From Octopus vulgaris (lineage: Eukaryota): a stretch of 64,000 nt of DNA. A model generated the notes under the pieces. The model ran no database searches, was not told where the DNA came from, and saw only the letters and a program-made list of their open reading frames with translations. Within the stretch, counting starts at the first letter, position 1, and the number at the start of each line of letters is the position of its first letter. Location: contig OX597815.1 in assembly GCA_951406725.2 (NCBI GenBank), positions 156,364,001 through 156,428,000 of the forward strand, read 5' to 3'. Made by a program: the position numbers and the translations under genes. Below, piece after piece: positions 1-11,628 of this stretch.

Positions 1-77
1 AACTCAGAACGTAACGAAGACGAAATACGGTTACGCATTTCGCCCGGCGTGCTAACATTTCTGCCAGCTCACCGCCT
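1..77 (-). mobile_element. SINE family A, 5' head (cut by window edge)
   Basis: Reverse complement reads GGCGGTGAGCTGGCAGAAATGTTAGCACGCCGGGCGAAATGC...TTCTGAGTT, matching the full copies at 51824 and 60606. Confidence 0.85.
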
Positions 78-190
78 TATTCTGCGGTAGTTACCGTGAC
101 CGTAATTCTAATATTGGTTTATGGCGCAAAATCTACTCATGTTTATATCGCTAGGGAGGAGCTAAATCCCCGCTAACCATCAGTTCACGA

Positions 191-241
191 GACCACCAGA
201 TCAGAAGATTTCGACCTTGTTTGGTCTTGTCAGTGATGGTC
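191..241 (-). ncRNA. Type-I hammerhead ribozyme motif with a G8A core change
   Basis: Minus strand: GACCAUCA (stem I) CUGACAA GACC-aaacaa-GGUC (stem II) GAAA UC-uucu-GA UC UGGUGGUC (stem I). All three helices pair. The core differs from CUGANGA at one base, explicable by CpG deamination. Confidence 0.75.
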
Positions 242-467
242 ACTCGACGCCAGAGGTGATTCATCGCCCTACCAGGTATATATAATATTGTTCAAGTGTC
301 AAGTGGTATTTTGGAATTTCTATGCCTTCTGTTCAATCCAGTTTTGTCACCTCAAGATATATAGACACACATTTTACTTCATGTAGCTGAAAGGTACACA
401 CCTGTTTTCGCAGATATCCAGATTTTGCTTCATTTGCTGTTTCTTTTCTTTCATATATTATTCTTAC

Positions 468-499
468 ACTTTGATAAAGAGTTCGTGCGAAACGTCAGT
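468..499 (+). ncRNA. Decayed hammerhead-like motif
   Basis: ACT TTGATAA agagttcgtgc GAAA CG TC AGT. Same layout as the intact 55318-55352 motif, but with two core changes and a broken stem II. Confidence 0.4.
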
Positions 500-663
500 C
501 GACTTTGCCTTCTTTTGTCTTCGTAGGTCATAAGTTATTATGTTAACTTCTTTTGTCTTTACGTTTTCTCAATCACTTTTTGAATTTTTGGCTACCTATT
601 GTAACCTCTCACGTTATCCAACAGTCAGCCTCGTCTTTCGTTTCATTTATACATAAACACACA

Positions 664-881
<218 letters not shown>

Positions 882-1247
882 AATTAATAATAATAATATT
901 AGGGAATAAATCCAAACTTACAGGGAAAAATTAGATTTAGAATTAAATCCAATTTTATAGTATGAATATATTATATTATATTAAATTAGAGATAAAACCA
1001 CTATTAGGCAAATCAAACAGTGAAAAACATAAGTCAATACTTAAAATTAATTAAAAAATATAAAAGTTAAAAATTTAAAAAATTATTTAAATAATTTAAA
1101 CTTATAAATTTTAAATATATATATACAAATATATATATATATGTATGTATATTTTATATTTATATTTATATATTATTTAATTTATTAATTTCTTTTAAAA
1201 ATAAATATCAAAAGTATTAAAAGTTTAATAAAAGATAAAGAGTAAAA

Positions 1248-1340
1248 CACTACGATCGTTTCATGGCTGTACCAATTCGAATAACAATAATTTAAATTCA
1301 ATTAATAATTCGAGTTATGGTTACAGTCGATCTTCAGGTT
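1248..1340 (-). ncRNA. Type-I hammerhead motif with long (~70 nt) stem II
   Basis: Minus strand: aac CUGAAGA [ucGACUGUAACCA...UUCGAA...UGGUACAGCCau] GAAA CGAUCG UA gug. Intact core and palindromic stem III (ACGAUCGU); stem I is weak (2 bp). Confidence 0.6.
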
Positions 1341-1912
1341 AATTGAAATATTTTAAAAATAATCAGAAATATTTAAACAATATTTTTAAGGTATAAATAA
1401 TATAATAATATTACTAATAATAAACTCTATTATCAAACGAGAAACTTAAAACTTAACAATTATGATTATATCAAAATCGATTATAATGTTAAATATTAAT
1501 TTTAATTTTTAAGGTAAGAAACCCACCAATAATCTAATATCGGTAATAGTCTATATCTAATTACATAAATATATTTTAAAACATTACTATTATATATAAA
1601 TTATCAATGAAAATATATAAATGTATATAAATATCATAATTAAGATCTAAAATAATCTCTATAAATAAATATATATGCACATATGATAAAGACCTAATAA
1701 ATTAATTTTTCATATTTAAAGATGAAATAGCTAATTTCAAAAATACAAACAAACAAACTTAAGCGAACTTTCGGAAATCTTTTTTAAAATACTTATAGAA
1801 ATAATCAATTCGTAGTTATATAGTATCGAATAAATACTATAAATACTATAAATATATTTATCAATGGGAATAAACTAGCGAATATCAATTTAAAAAGACA
1901 ATAACTAAGATA

Positions 1913-1985
1913 TGCTATTAAGTTAGACATGGCCTGGACCAATCTTTGGTCGAAACATATCTAAGTTTATCTAAGTTTATCTAAT
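1913..1985 (+). mobile_element. Extremely 5'-truncated CR1-type LINE 3' tail
   Basis: TGCTATTAAGTTAGACATGGCCTGGACCAATCTTTGGTCGAAACA followed by (TATCTAAGTT)n. Nearly identical to the tail of the LINE fragment at 4785-4853. Confidence 0.8.
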
Positions 1986-3677
1986 TTTAATTATAAGAAA
2001 TTTAAAACTACATTTAATACTATTAATACATGTATATACATAAACCTAACTTTAGACAACTCGTATACTTGCTATCAAACAACGAATCTATTGCTAAGTA
2101 ATATCTTACGAATAAACTTAAATTCAAAATCTAATAATATAGAAAATTACGATAATTAGATCATTACATAAACAACGATATTTACATAAGAAAAATATTA
2201 TTACACCAAAGACTTATAAAATATTAAAATTTACAATTTAAAGATCTTAAATATAAATAAATGCTTATCTTAGCGAGGTTTTGTAATGAACTAAAATTTT
2301 GAATCGGAAAACGTCTTTACAGCGTTTATAAGAATACTCGTGGAATTACGTTATTAGCAAAAAAAGAATAAATTGTTGAAGAATTCATTAAGCGTGAGGA
2401 ACAAATACGCTTTACCAATGAAGATTGTGAATGGGAACAGTAATGGTTTATCAATAAGTGTAAATAGAATGAAGTCACATATAAAGAATAAAATCACTCT
2501 ATACTATAAGATTTATTTATAAAATAACAATGATAAATAATACTTAATACAGAATAAATTAAATAATTCGAATGATTAAAAACCACTAATTATTAAATAT
2601 ACTCTAAAAATCTTATATGGTTAATAAATATATTAAAAAAAATTTTTATAGTAACTCCTCAACGTACTATAAAGTCTTTCCCAATGCTCTTATAATTATA
2701 AGCTAAAATTAGTGATCATAACCAAAATCGCTAAAATACTTATCAAAATTTGCGGTATAACTATACATACGTATACATATATATATATATACATACATAC
2801 ATACTTACATATACACATATATACACACATATACACACATACACATATGCACGCACATACATACATGTACATACATACAATACTCTATATATACACATAT
2901 ATACACACACCCACACACGCACACACATAAATAAATGTATATACATATACATATATATATACACGCACATCAACCTATACACATATATACATACACACAC
3001 AAACACATATATCATATAAATAAATACGTATATAAATGTCTATATTCATACTTCAATACAAAAAAAGAGGTAAACATTAAGTTTAAACTAAATATTTAAT
3101 CTTACTAATCTATACTTCTATATTAAATAAAATAGATTAAATAAACAACTAAATAAATCTATTTCAAATATAAAGAGATTACATACAAATAGATTAATTT
3201 AACACAATTATAATTTAACAAAATTATAACAGAAATATAACAAAATATATAAACTTAACTCTATTATAAGATAAATAAATAGTAACTTACCAAACTCTAT
3301 ATTCAATAAACCATGAAATATTTATTAAAAAAATATTTAGTAATAGAATATTTAGTAATAAAATAAACAACTATATATAATCTAACTATAATTAAAAACA
3401 GAACCTAAATAACTAAAATAAACTAATGTAATAAGTACTATAAATCACCTACTATATTTAGAATACTATTACATAAATCAACAAATAAGGAGCTAATTAA
3501 AGCTAAGAAATAATCATTATTTATCAAGAAATTTATTATATAAGTAATTTTTAAATTTTATATTTTTAAATTAATTTTATGTATTGGCTTATGTTTTTCA
3601 CTGTTTGATTTGCCTAATAGTGGTTTTATCTCTAATTTAATATAATATAATATATATATGTATTTTTTTTTTTTTTG

Positions 3678-3882
3678 TACTTGTTTCAGTCATTTGACTG
3701 CGGCCATGCTGGAGCACCGCCTTTAGGGTGGTGAAAGAGTACAGCAGGGATCACCACCACCCCCTGCAGGAGCCTCGTGGAGCTTTTAGGTGTTTTCGCT
3801 CAATAAACACACACAACGCCCGGTCTGGGAATCGAAACCGCGATCCTCCGACCGCAAGTCCGCTGCCCTAACCACTGGGCCA
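3678..3882 (-). mobile_element. tRNA-derived SINE family D head joined to family B 3' tail
   Basis: Minus strand has A box TGGCCCAGTGG and B box GTTTCGATTCC. The body matches 40915-41050, then runs into AAAGGCGGTGCTCCAGCATGGCCGCAGTCAAATGACTGAAACAAGTA (family B tail). Confidence 0.8.
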
Positions 3883-4070
3883 TATATATATAATAATAAA
3901 TGTTAGGGAATAAATCCAAATTTACAGGGAAAAATCAGATTTAGGATTAAATCCAATTTTATAGTAAAATATTATATAATATTAATTCGAGACAAAACCA
4001 CTATTTTGCAAAACAAACAAGGAAACACTTAATCAATACATAAAAAAATTTAATATAAAGAAATAAACCG

Positions 4071-4113
4071 CCACTACAATCGTTTCATGTCTTCAATGAC
4101 ATTCTTCAGGTGG
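4071..4113 (-). ncRNA. Minimal type-I hammerhead ribozyme (left arm)
   Basis: Exact reverse complement of the 4179-4221 motif. Confidence 0.8.
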
Positions 4114-4178
4114 ATTTTCGATCTCCTAATCTGTTTTAATTTAATTCATAAATTTAAACAGATTAGGAGATCGAAAAT

Positions 4179-4221
4179 CCACCTGAAGAATGTCATTGAA
4201 GACATGAAACGATTGTAGTGG
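4179..4221 (+). ncRNA. Minimal type-I hammerhead ribozyme (right arm)
   Basis: CCAC (stem I) CUGAAGA AUGUC-auugaa-GACAU (stem II) GAAA C-gauu-G UA GUGG (stem I). Core intact; predicted cleavage after GUA at 4217. Confidence 0.8.
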
Positions 4222-4332
4222 CTGTTTATTTCTTTATATTAAATTTTTTTATGTATTGATTAAGTGTTTCCTTGTTTGTTTTGCAAAATAGTGGTTTTGT
4301 CTCGAATTAATATTATATATATATATATATAG

Positions 4333-4502
4333 TGGTGTTTCATCTGCCTTTACGTTCTGAGGTCTAATTCCGCTAAGGTCGATTTTGCCTTTAATCCTTT
4401 CGCGGTCGGTAAACAAAACACCAGTTGTGCACTGGCATCGATCTAATCGGCTGGACTCTCCCCAAAATTTTCGGTCCATGCACATAGAGTAGAAAAGAAT
4501 AA
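4333..4502 (+). mobile_element. SINE family A, diverged 5'-truncated copy
   Basis: TTACGTTCTGAGGTCTAATTCCGCTAAGGTCGATTTTGCCTTTAATCCTTTCG...GTAGAAAAGAATAATT. Confidence 0.75.
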
Positions 4503-4659
4503 TTAATTTATTAAAATTATTAGCACATAAAATTAGATCGCCTCACTTTTGTTATTTTCAATGTCGTTAATCGTGATAACACATTTATCATAACTATAAT
4601 AATGCTTTTATTGTAACTTTCAATTATTTTGCTGAAAATACTTGAGTTTTGTATGCATT

Positions 4660-4702
4660 TTCTGTTTTCATAACTGTATGCTTACTTTTGCCCCACCCTG
4701 TA
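4660..4702 (-). mobile_element. Possible single Tc1/mariner-type terminal inverted repeat
   Basis: Minus strand starts TA-CAGGGTGGGGCAAAAGTAAG, typical of Tc1/mariner ends. Partner TIR not found. Confidence 0.35.
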
Positions 4703-4720
4703 TGTACACACACACACACA

Positions 4721-4784
<64 letters not shown>

Positions 4785-4785
<1 letters not shown>

Positions 4786-5253
4786 TAGATAACTTAGATA
4801 ACTTAGATATGTTTCGACCAAAGATTGGTCCAGACAATGTCTAACTTAATAGCACCACCTGATAGGATTATTCGAATCCTGTTTAAGTCAAGTTTTGTTT
4901 ATGGTCCATTCAAGTAGTGAGTTTTTGTTGGGTGAGTTGTATCCAATTATGGGTGGCTTATCTGGTATTCATTGAAGCAATCTATCCAGACTCCGTTTAA
5001 AGTTGATGGTATCCTTTTCCTCTTTGCTCTCTTTCGGGACAATGTTAAATAGGGCAGGGCCTGTTGAAGAAAAGAAATTATGTTGCAGTGTACATGTATG
5101 CTGTGATCTTGAATTGGGCAGGGGACGTATGGCCCGTGGTCCCAGTCTTGGATGAACCTTGAAGCTAATGTTCAGGTCGTCTGGGCAAAGTTGGCGGTAT
5201 TTTCTCCACATCGTACAAATGATGTACCGCTCACGGCGACGCTGGAGAGAGTA
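4785..5253 (-). mobile_element. CR1-clade LINE 3' fragment (ORF2 C-terminus plus tail)
   Basis: Translates YSLQRRRERYIICTMWRK...HPRLGP...STGPALFNIVP...FKRSLDRLLQ*IPDKP..GY...NSLLEW, the characteristic post-RT end of CR1-like LINEs. Followed by a stem-loop and a (TATCTAAGT)n tail. Confidence 0.85.
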
Positions 5254-5679
5254 TTGGTATGATTTTCATGTGATTATCATAGATTTTCATAGCATTTTTC
5301 CGATGGCCGGATAACAGAAGAGATGGCGGCGTGGATTTCCACTCCGACATCCGAAACTAGGAGTTTTATCATGGCTACCGAATAATTGTCACATATTACA
5401 TTTACAGATATACATATAATGGAGTAATTGTACAATGGATGATGAGTAAAGCACCGGCACAGTTTCGATCAACTGTTGTTTTCCGTAGATTTGCTGCAGG
5501 AACTTCGTAGTGGCGGTTGGTGTAACAGTATTAATAAAATATTTATTTATTCATTTATTTAGTTCTGTTGTGATGTTTCCTATCTTTCACTAGAACTAAA
5601 TTTAAGTAAATATAAGAGTCTATTACACATTCCATCTCCTATTTTATTAATACTGTTAGTATATATATATATCTAGAGG

Positions 5680-5715
<36 letters not shown>

Positions 5716-6454
5716 TAGAGAGAAGGAGAGATTTAGTGATCACTATTTAGATTTTCCTATTTTGAATGTAATTCTAGTGAAAGATAGCAAACATTAAAAC
5801 AGAACTAAACAAATAAATAAATAAATAAATAAATAAACGTGAGCAAAATCCAGATTGAATCCACGTGATCGCAATATGCTAAGTTCAGCCTTACTTTAAA
5901 TAAATTCTATCTATATTCAGCAAAAATTTTATTTCGTTTTTAAAATTCCTTAACGCTTCGCTTGGTAGCTTCTTAGAGCATAACGCATTATTACACACAA
6001 GGCGTTTATAGATATAGCTATGCATCCCTCTTTTCTCTTACTAATGTATATGTTTCTGTTCCAACTGAGTTTGACACTTACGTAAGAATTCTACATAAAA
6101 CTATTCCGAGACTAATTATTCCATCATTCGTCTTATTTCAACCGTGAAATGTAAACATATATATTACTACTAGGGACCTCATTGTTTCGGTAGATTTTTC
6201 TTTTCTCTGTATTTTTTTCGTATCGTGTTTGCGATGGTGTTTGTAAGGAATGTAATCTACTTAAAAGTATAACTCTGTGTGTGTTTGGATACACGAACTG
6301 AGAAAAAAAAGAGAAATCAATACGTTTCGTGGACTATATCTGTCTATTTCAAACTGATGATTCACTTAGACGCTACACTGAATATAGCGTTGCGTGAAAT
6401 TCTGAGCATTGACATAAGTGGTGGATCATCAGCTTCGAGCGAATACATACACAT

Positions 6455-6548
6455 ACATACATGCATACATACATACATACATACATACATACATACATAC
6501 ATACATACATACATACATACATACATACATACATACATACATACATAC
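6455..6548. repeat. (TACA)n microsatellite
   Basis: Direct reading. Confidence 0.95.
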
Positions 6549-6549
6549 A

Positions 6550-6980
6550 CAAGAGCGCTACATCATTTGTGTGATGTGGAAAATATTCCATCAATATTGC
6601 ACATATGATGTTGGCAACAATTTTAAAATCCATCCAAAACTTGGCCCCGGTACTATCCGCTTACAACAAAAATTTAACACAAGACACATTGCAACATTAC
6701 GTCGTAATTACTTTGCCTCAACCTCTCCAGCTCTCTTTAATACCTTACCAAAATGCGTCAAAACGGAAACGGATTCCATAAAATTCAAAAGTTCACTGGA
6801 CAAATTTCTTAAAAAAAAATTCTGGACCAACCTCCTACACGCGGATATGTCTCCAACAAAAATAACTCTTTGCTACAGTGGGCCATGGTGCCCCATATAT
6901 GACTAAAAGACTTCACTAGATGGTGCTATAAAGTTAGACATGGACTGGGCCTATACTGGCCGAAACCTATCAAGGTTATC
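6550..6980 (+). mobile_element. CR1-clade LINE 3' fragment, second subfamily
   Basis: QERYIICVMWKIFHQYC...HPKLGP...STSPALFNTLP...FKSSLDKFL aligns by eye with 4785-5253. Same GGTGCTAT.AAGTTAGACAT tail. Confidence 0.85.
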
Positions 6981-6991
6981 CATGCTTATGG

Positions 6992-7128
<137 letters not shown>

Positions 7129-7207
7129 CTGAAGGCGGTACTCTACTACCCTCGTAACAGAATATGCCATAACATATATGTATGCATATATAAAGTTGTC
7201 TCTCTCG

Positions 7208-7239
<32 letters not shown>

Positions 7240-7825
7240 ACTCCATTGTCTCCGAGACAAAAAGGATGCAAACAATATATATACATACATACATACATAC
7301 ATACATACATACATACGTAAACTAAAATGTATGTAAGAAGGTCAATATTACTAGACATACAAAAACATAGGAGCGTGTTAAATGTAGACTTGCTTATTTT
7401 TCAATACTAGTTAATGCTAGTGACGGTATCAATAACTTTTGAACCAACGCTGTATGTATAGAGATATATAAGCTCCACCTCTGTACACACAATATGTTAA
7501 TGGACAAAATATAAAGGTTCAACTTATTACACTCTCTTACTCTCAATGGTGATGTTGTTTATAAACTCACCATTACCAAAGGCTTATGTGAGGATATTAT
7601 ATATATACAAACAAGGTAATTTTTTTTATCCACAACACAGGCTATCATGTTTAAGGATGAATGATATTAATAATGACAAAAACAAATTTTCACAGTACAA
7701 AGGCAATAACAAAGTGATAATAAGCATCCAAAATATGGTCAACAGAGAACCTTTGATGCATGTGTACGTATGTTCAAAACAAACGACAACGACGCAACAC
7801 TTACTATTACCCACAAACCTTTTGT

Positions 7826-8081
7826 TAGTATGGTTGTATACTGTCAATCTAACAAGAACGTGACAGTAGGGGGTACACCACCGTTGTATAGCCCTAGGAA
7901 GCATCGAACGCCTCCTGACAGCTTCGACACATTTTTTCCCTGTGTCCTTAAAGAAAAAAAAGAAAGAAAAAAAAATGTGTCGAAGCTGTCAGGAGGCGTT
8001 CGATGCCTCCTAGGGCTATACAACGGTGGTGTACCCCCTACTGTCCCGTTCTTGTTAGATTGACAGTATACAACCATTCTA
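7826..8081. mobile_element. Palindromic MITE (about 112-bp terminal inverted repeats, about 32-bp spacer)
   Basis: 7826-7937 is the reverse complement of 7970-8081 with about 3 mismatches. TA at both outer ends. Confidence 0.85.
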
Positions 8082-8396
8082 TCGCCCCACCACCGTACAT
8101 GTCTCTACGAGAGATTTAGAAATTCAATATTTCTTTTGTTAGTGTTGCCGTTCAAAGAGAAGTGTATGATATGAGCCGACTCCTAGCAAAAATGTATGGA
8201 TATTGACAAATTTTATCTATATCGAAATGTATTAATCCGGGTCTCTACCGTTTCTGTTATACGTTTCCTGGGTGTTTATAATTATAAGATGATGTAAATG
8301 AACTAAAAGCATAAGGAGAGGCAGAATAATATAGAAAACAATGGTCAATGAGGACGATTGTCTTAGATTCAATCAGGGAGAGAAGCGAGAAAGACA

Positions 8397-8407
8397 CAGA
8401 GAGAGAG

Positions 8408-8462
<55 letters not shown>
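8397..8462. repeat. (GA)n/(GAAA)n microsatellite
   Basis: Direct reading. Confidence 0.95.
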
Positions 8463-8701
8463 GATAGTGTAATAAAGCAATGTAGAGGTAATGAATGTCT
8501 GGAGAGCAAAAGGTGTGTGTTTAATAGACATAATTGAATGAAAGCAAAGAGAAAAGTTACCAATATTTACCGATATTGAATTATTTTTTAATTACCGGTT
8601 ATTGGTTTTTGAATTGCTACTTGTAATATTTGACTGAAAGCCGTTATGTTTGTTTATACGCTTGCTATTAGTAAGTTAAAATGTACCAGCACTCCACCAA
8701 C

Positions 8702-8990
8702 TCTTCTTCTTCTTCTTCTTCTTCTTCTTCTTCTTCTTCTTCTTCTTCTTCTTCTTCTTCTTCTTCTTCTTCTTCTTCTTCTTCTTCTTCTTTTTCTTCT
8801 TCTTCTTCTTCATCTTCTGCTTCTTTTTCTTCATTTTCTTCTTCTTCTTCTTCTTCTTCTTCTTCTTCTTCTTCTTCTTCTTCATTTTCTTCTTCTTCTT
8901 CTTCTTCTTCTTCTTCTTCTTCTTCTTCTAATTATTATTATTGTTGTTGTTGTTGTTGTTGTTGTTATAGTCAACATCATCATCATCATT
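8702..8990. repeat. (CTT)n-(ATT)n-(GTT)n-(CAT)n compound trinucleotide repeat
   Basis: Direct reading; source of the poly-L/S/K ORFs. Confidence 0.95.
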
Positions 8991-9740
8991 TTACTAAATG
9001 ACTAAAAAAATGATGACAAGAAAAGACACGAGCCAATTCAGTCTAGTCGGCAATATATTAGCTATCATACGGCAAATACTTGCAATCTGCTTTCGGAATT
9101 TATCTGACCTTAATGAAATGCTGTCGTTTATCAAAGTTTATCTTATAAGACGGACTGGCGAATGACTTATGTAAACGCTCGACTTGTATGTTTATAAATT
9201 CATTTAAAAGTGTGAAGTTGAGCATATTTCAACAATTAAACAATAATCTTAAGGTTTGTTATGGCATCCGATTAACTTTCAGACTCGTTCGTAAACCAAA
9301 TGGTCTCCATTTTAATTTCCTTTTGTAAGTTTTGCTTTCGTAGTTTTAATGGAAAAGGCAAAAAAAAAAAGAGAACAGAAGACTATTAAATTGTATATAA
9401 CAAAGATGATCTATAACGAGAAATTTCTCCATTTTTAATAACAGCTAACAGAATGATTTAACACGATAAAGTTTACAGTGAAAGCAAGAATTATATCTCC
9501 AAAGAGAAATAAAGACAGCTGCTTTACTTTCATTATAGAAATTGTGAGGATATGGCACGAAGCAGTGGCAGCGAATGAACAATATATACAAAAATACCTA
9601 ATTTTTCTGTCTTTATAAAAACAGATTTAGCAGGCATTTTAAACGTAAAATATATAAATACACACAAACATACTCATAAAAATCTATATATTTGGATACA
9701 TACATACATACATACATACATACATACATACATACATACA

Positions 9741-9776
<36 letters not shown>

Positions 9777-10512
9777 TATATATAAACAAGGAAAAGCGGA
9801 TTTCTTCTACGTCGATAATAGAAGAATTTCATTGGATAAAATTACAAAAAAATTGTTTCAATGTTCGTAAGTTTATATTCTCGATTTCTCCCGAAAATTG
9901 TTGTATTTTCATAAATTACATGGAAGATGACATAAGTGTAGAAGACTTTCAATAAAATTGGGACGTGTGAGTCAAACTAAAAATATCCACACGTATACAC
10001 GCGCGCGCACGTGTGTGTATGTGCGGCAAGTTTAGCTTCCTTTTCCTATTTTAGTCAGAAGAGGAAGAGCACGGCTAATGATTTTCAGGCCTTCAAAGAC
10101 TGGTAGAAGAGAGTCATCCTCAGAGCGGGATTGTTTAACGTGGAATCAGATTAAGTCTACTAACATAAATCACTTAATAAATTATCTCCGGATTACTGGC
10201 AGCACTGTAAACTGCCTCTATGGTATTTAGAGTGCGATAGCAACACAGAGACATAATTAAATACAGCATTACAGTCTCCTCTATCACCAGTGGTTCCCAA
10301 ACCGGGGTCCGCGGACGCATGGTGGTCCGCAAAGGTAGTACTGGGGGGTCGGTGAACTAAATTCAAAATTTAATATATATATATATATATATATTGTTGT
10401 ATTTAGGAATCGTCATTTTGCCAGTTTAGCCAATAAAAACACACGCACTATAAATTTGGTGTTACTTTGCTTCAGCGTTATTTATTTTTTACATTAAACT
10501 TACTCTTATTTC

Positions 10513-10556
10513 GGCCAGAGTTCTTTCGTCACACTTCTGTGACCTCATCAGTGGTC
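10513..10556 (-). ncRNA. Minimal type-I hammerhead ribozyme
   Basis: Minus strand: gaCCA CUGAUGA g GUCAC-agaagu-GUGAC GAAA G-aa-C UC UGGcc. Core intact, 5-bp stem II. Confidence 0.75.
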
Positions 10557-10796
10557 CTTTGCTTTCTTCTTTCTTAATTGTGTGTCTCTCCTAACTGTCA
10601 GCCATTTTGTATTTTGTATTCCTATTGTATGTGTCTTCATTTGCGCATGCGTATACCTCTATGTGTGTCTATGTTTAGTTAGTGTGTGGGTGGGTGGGGT
10701 AGTGCCTGTAATATGTGTATCTCCTGTTTATATACGTTCGTGTAATTTGTTTTTGCTTTTGTTTATTTTTATTTTTTTCATGTGTTTACACCTACT

Positions 10797-10805
10797 TATT
10801 ATTAC

Positions 10806-10860
<55 letters not shown>

Positions 10861-10871
10861 GCTGTTGTTGT
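10797..10871. repeat. (ATT)n microsatellite
   Basis: Direct reading. Confidence 0.95.
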
Positions 10872-11355
10872 TCAGCAGCACATGCCATTTGCAAGAAGTT
10901 GGAAATTTTTTGGCCCATGACACTGCATGGACCTTGGCTTTAGTATTTAACGACTGATACTTTTATTTCGATTTTCTGTATATATGTATGTAACAGCTAA
11001 TAAGGGAGACCTCTACATGGTAGCTAGATCTGGTAGAAATAGCTGCCAAATCTCCCTCAAAACACCCTGCTGTCTTAATCCGACAATTCTGCCTATTATG
11101 TAGTTTGAATGAGAAACTGCCACTAAAGATTAAGATTAAACCCAAAATTTTAACCGCGTTTTAATAGCAATCAGGTTATTTTCTCCTTTTTGCGTAGCTT
11201 TTCACGTTAGCTGTAAAGGTGAAGAGGTTTAACTTGGACGATGTTAAGTAGTGGAGATGATTCGTGATTCTATGTGGTGGTTACTTTTGACAGTTTCTTC
11301 TCAATAAGGATAACTGATTGATAACGAATTTTAACACAATATATATATATATACA

Positions 11356-11628
11356 ACTGGAATTGGACGTCATAAGAGACAGCATAGCGACGGTTTTGGT
11401 TGACTCCCCTTATTGCTAGCGAAATGGTTTTTGCCGGCTGTCTGAGCAACTGGCTGATTTTAATGGCGGAACAAAGAGGACAAAAAGATTACAAAAATAG
11501 CGATTCTCACCTTGAAACTAACTATTTTGAAAATTTCTTTTACGTTACGGAACGTATTCTGTGAACAATACTCGAGTTATAAGCGCACAAACAGAAAGAC
11601 TGACAGAATGGATTTTATATATTAAGAT
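11356..11628 (-). mobile_element. Possible non-autonomous Helitron-like element
   Basis: Minus strand begins A|TCTTAATATATAAAATCC followed by a CTGT-like repeat and ends near CCAG|T. Resembles Helitron termini (TC...CTAG) but is degenerate. Confidence 0.3.

Larger units (their letters stand above)
3973..4319. repeat. Near-perfect fold-back palindrome (164-bp arms, 19-nt spacer); Penelope-like inverted pLTR
   Basis: Arms 3973-4136 and 4156-4319 are reverse complements; I found one mismatch (4069/4223). Confidence 0.95.

Noticed and set aside
1933-1960. CTG-GACC...GGTC-GAAAC as a hammerhead
   Set aside because: It lacks CUGANGA and stem I, and is better explained as the CR1 3' stem-loop.
3820-3882. 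tRNA genes at A/B-box sites (also 33353, 50393, 51824)
   Set aside because: There is no full cloverleaf, and each continues into a SINE body and tail.
7770-8077. Mirror ORFs on both strands (VGGTPPLYSPR...)
   Set aside because: They are a direct consequence of the palindromic MITE.
10085-10125. Minus-strand CUGAGGA u GACU...AGUC uuu GAAGGCCU
   Set aside because: There are extra bases before GAA, no GAAA, no UH and no stem I; too degenerate to call.
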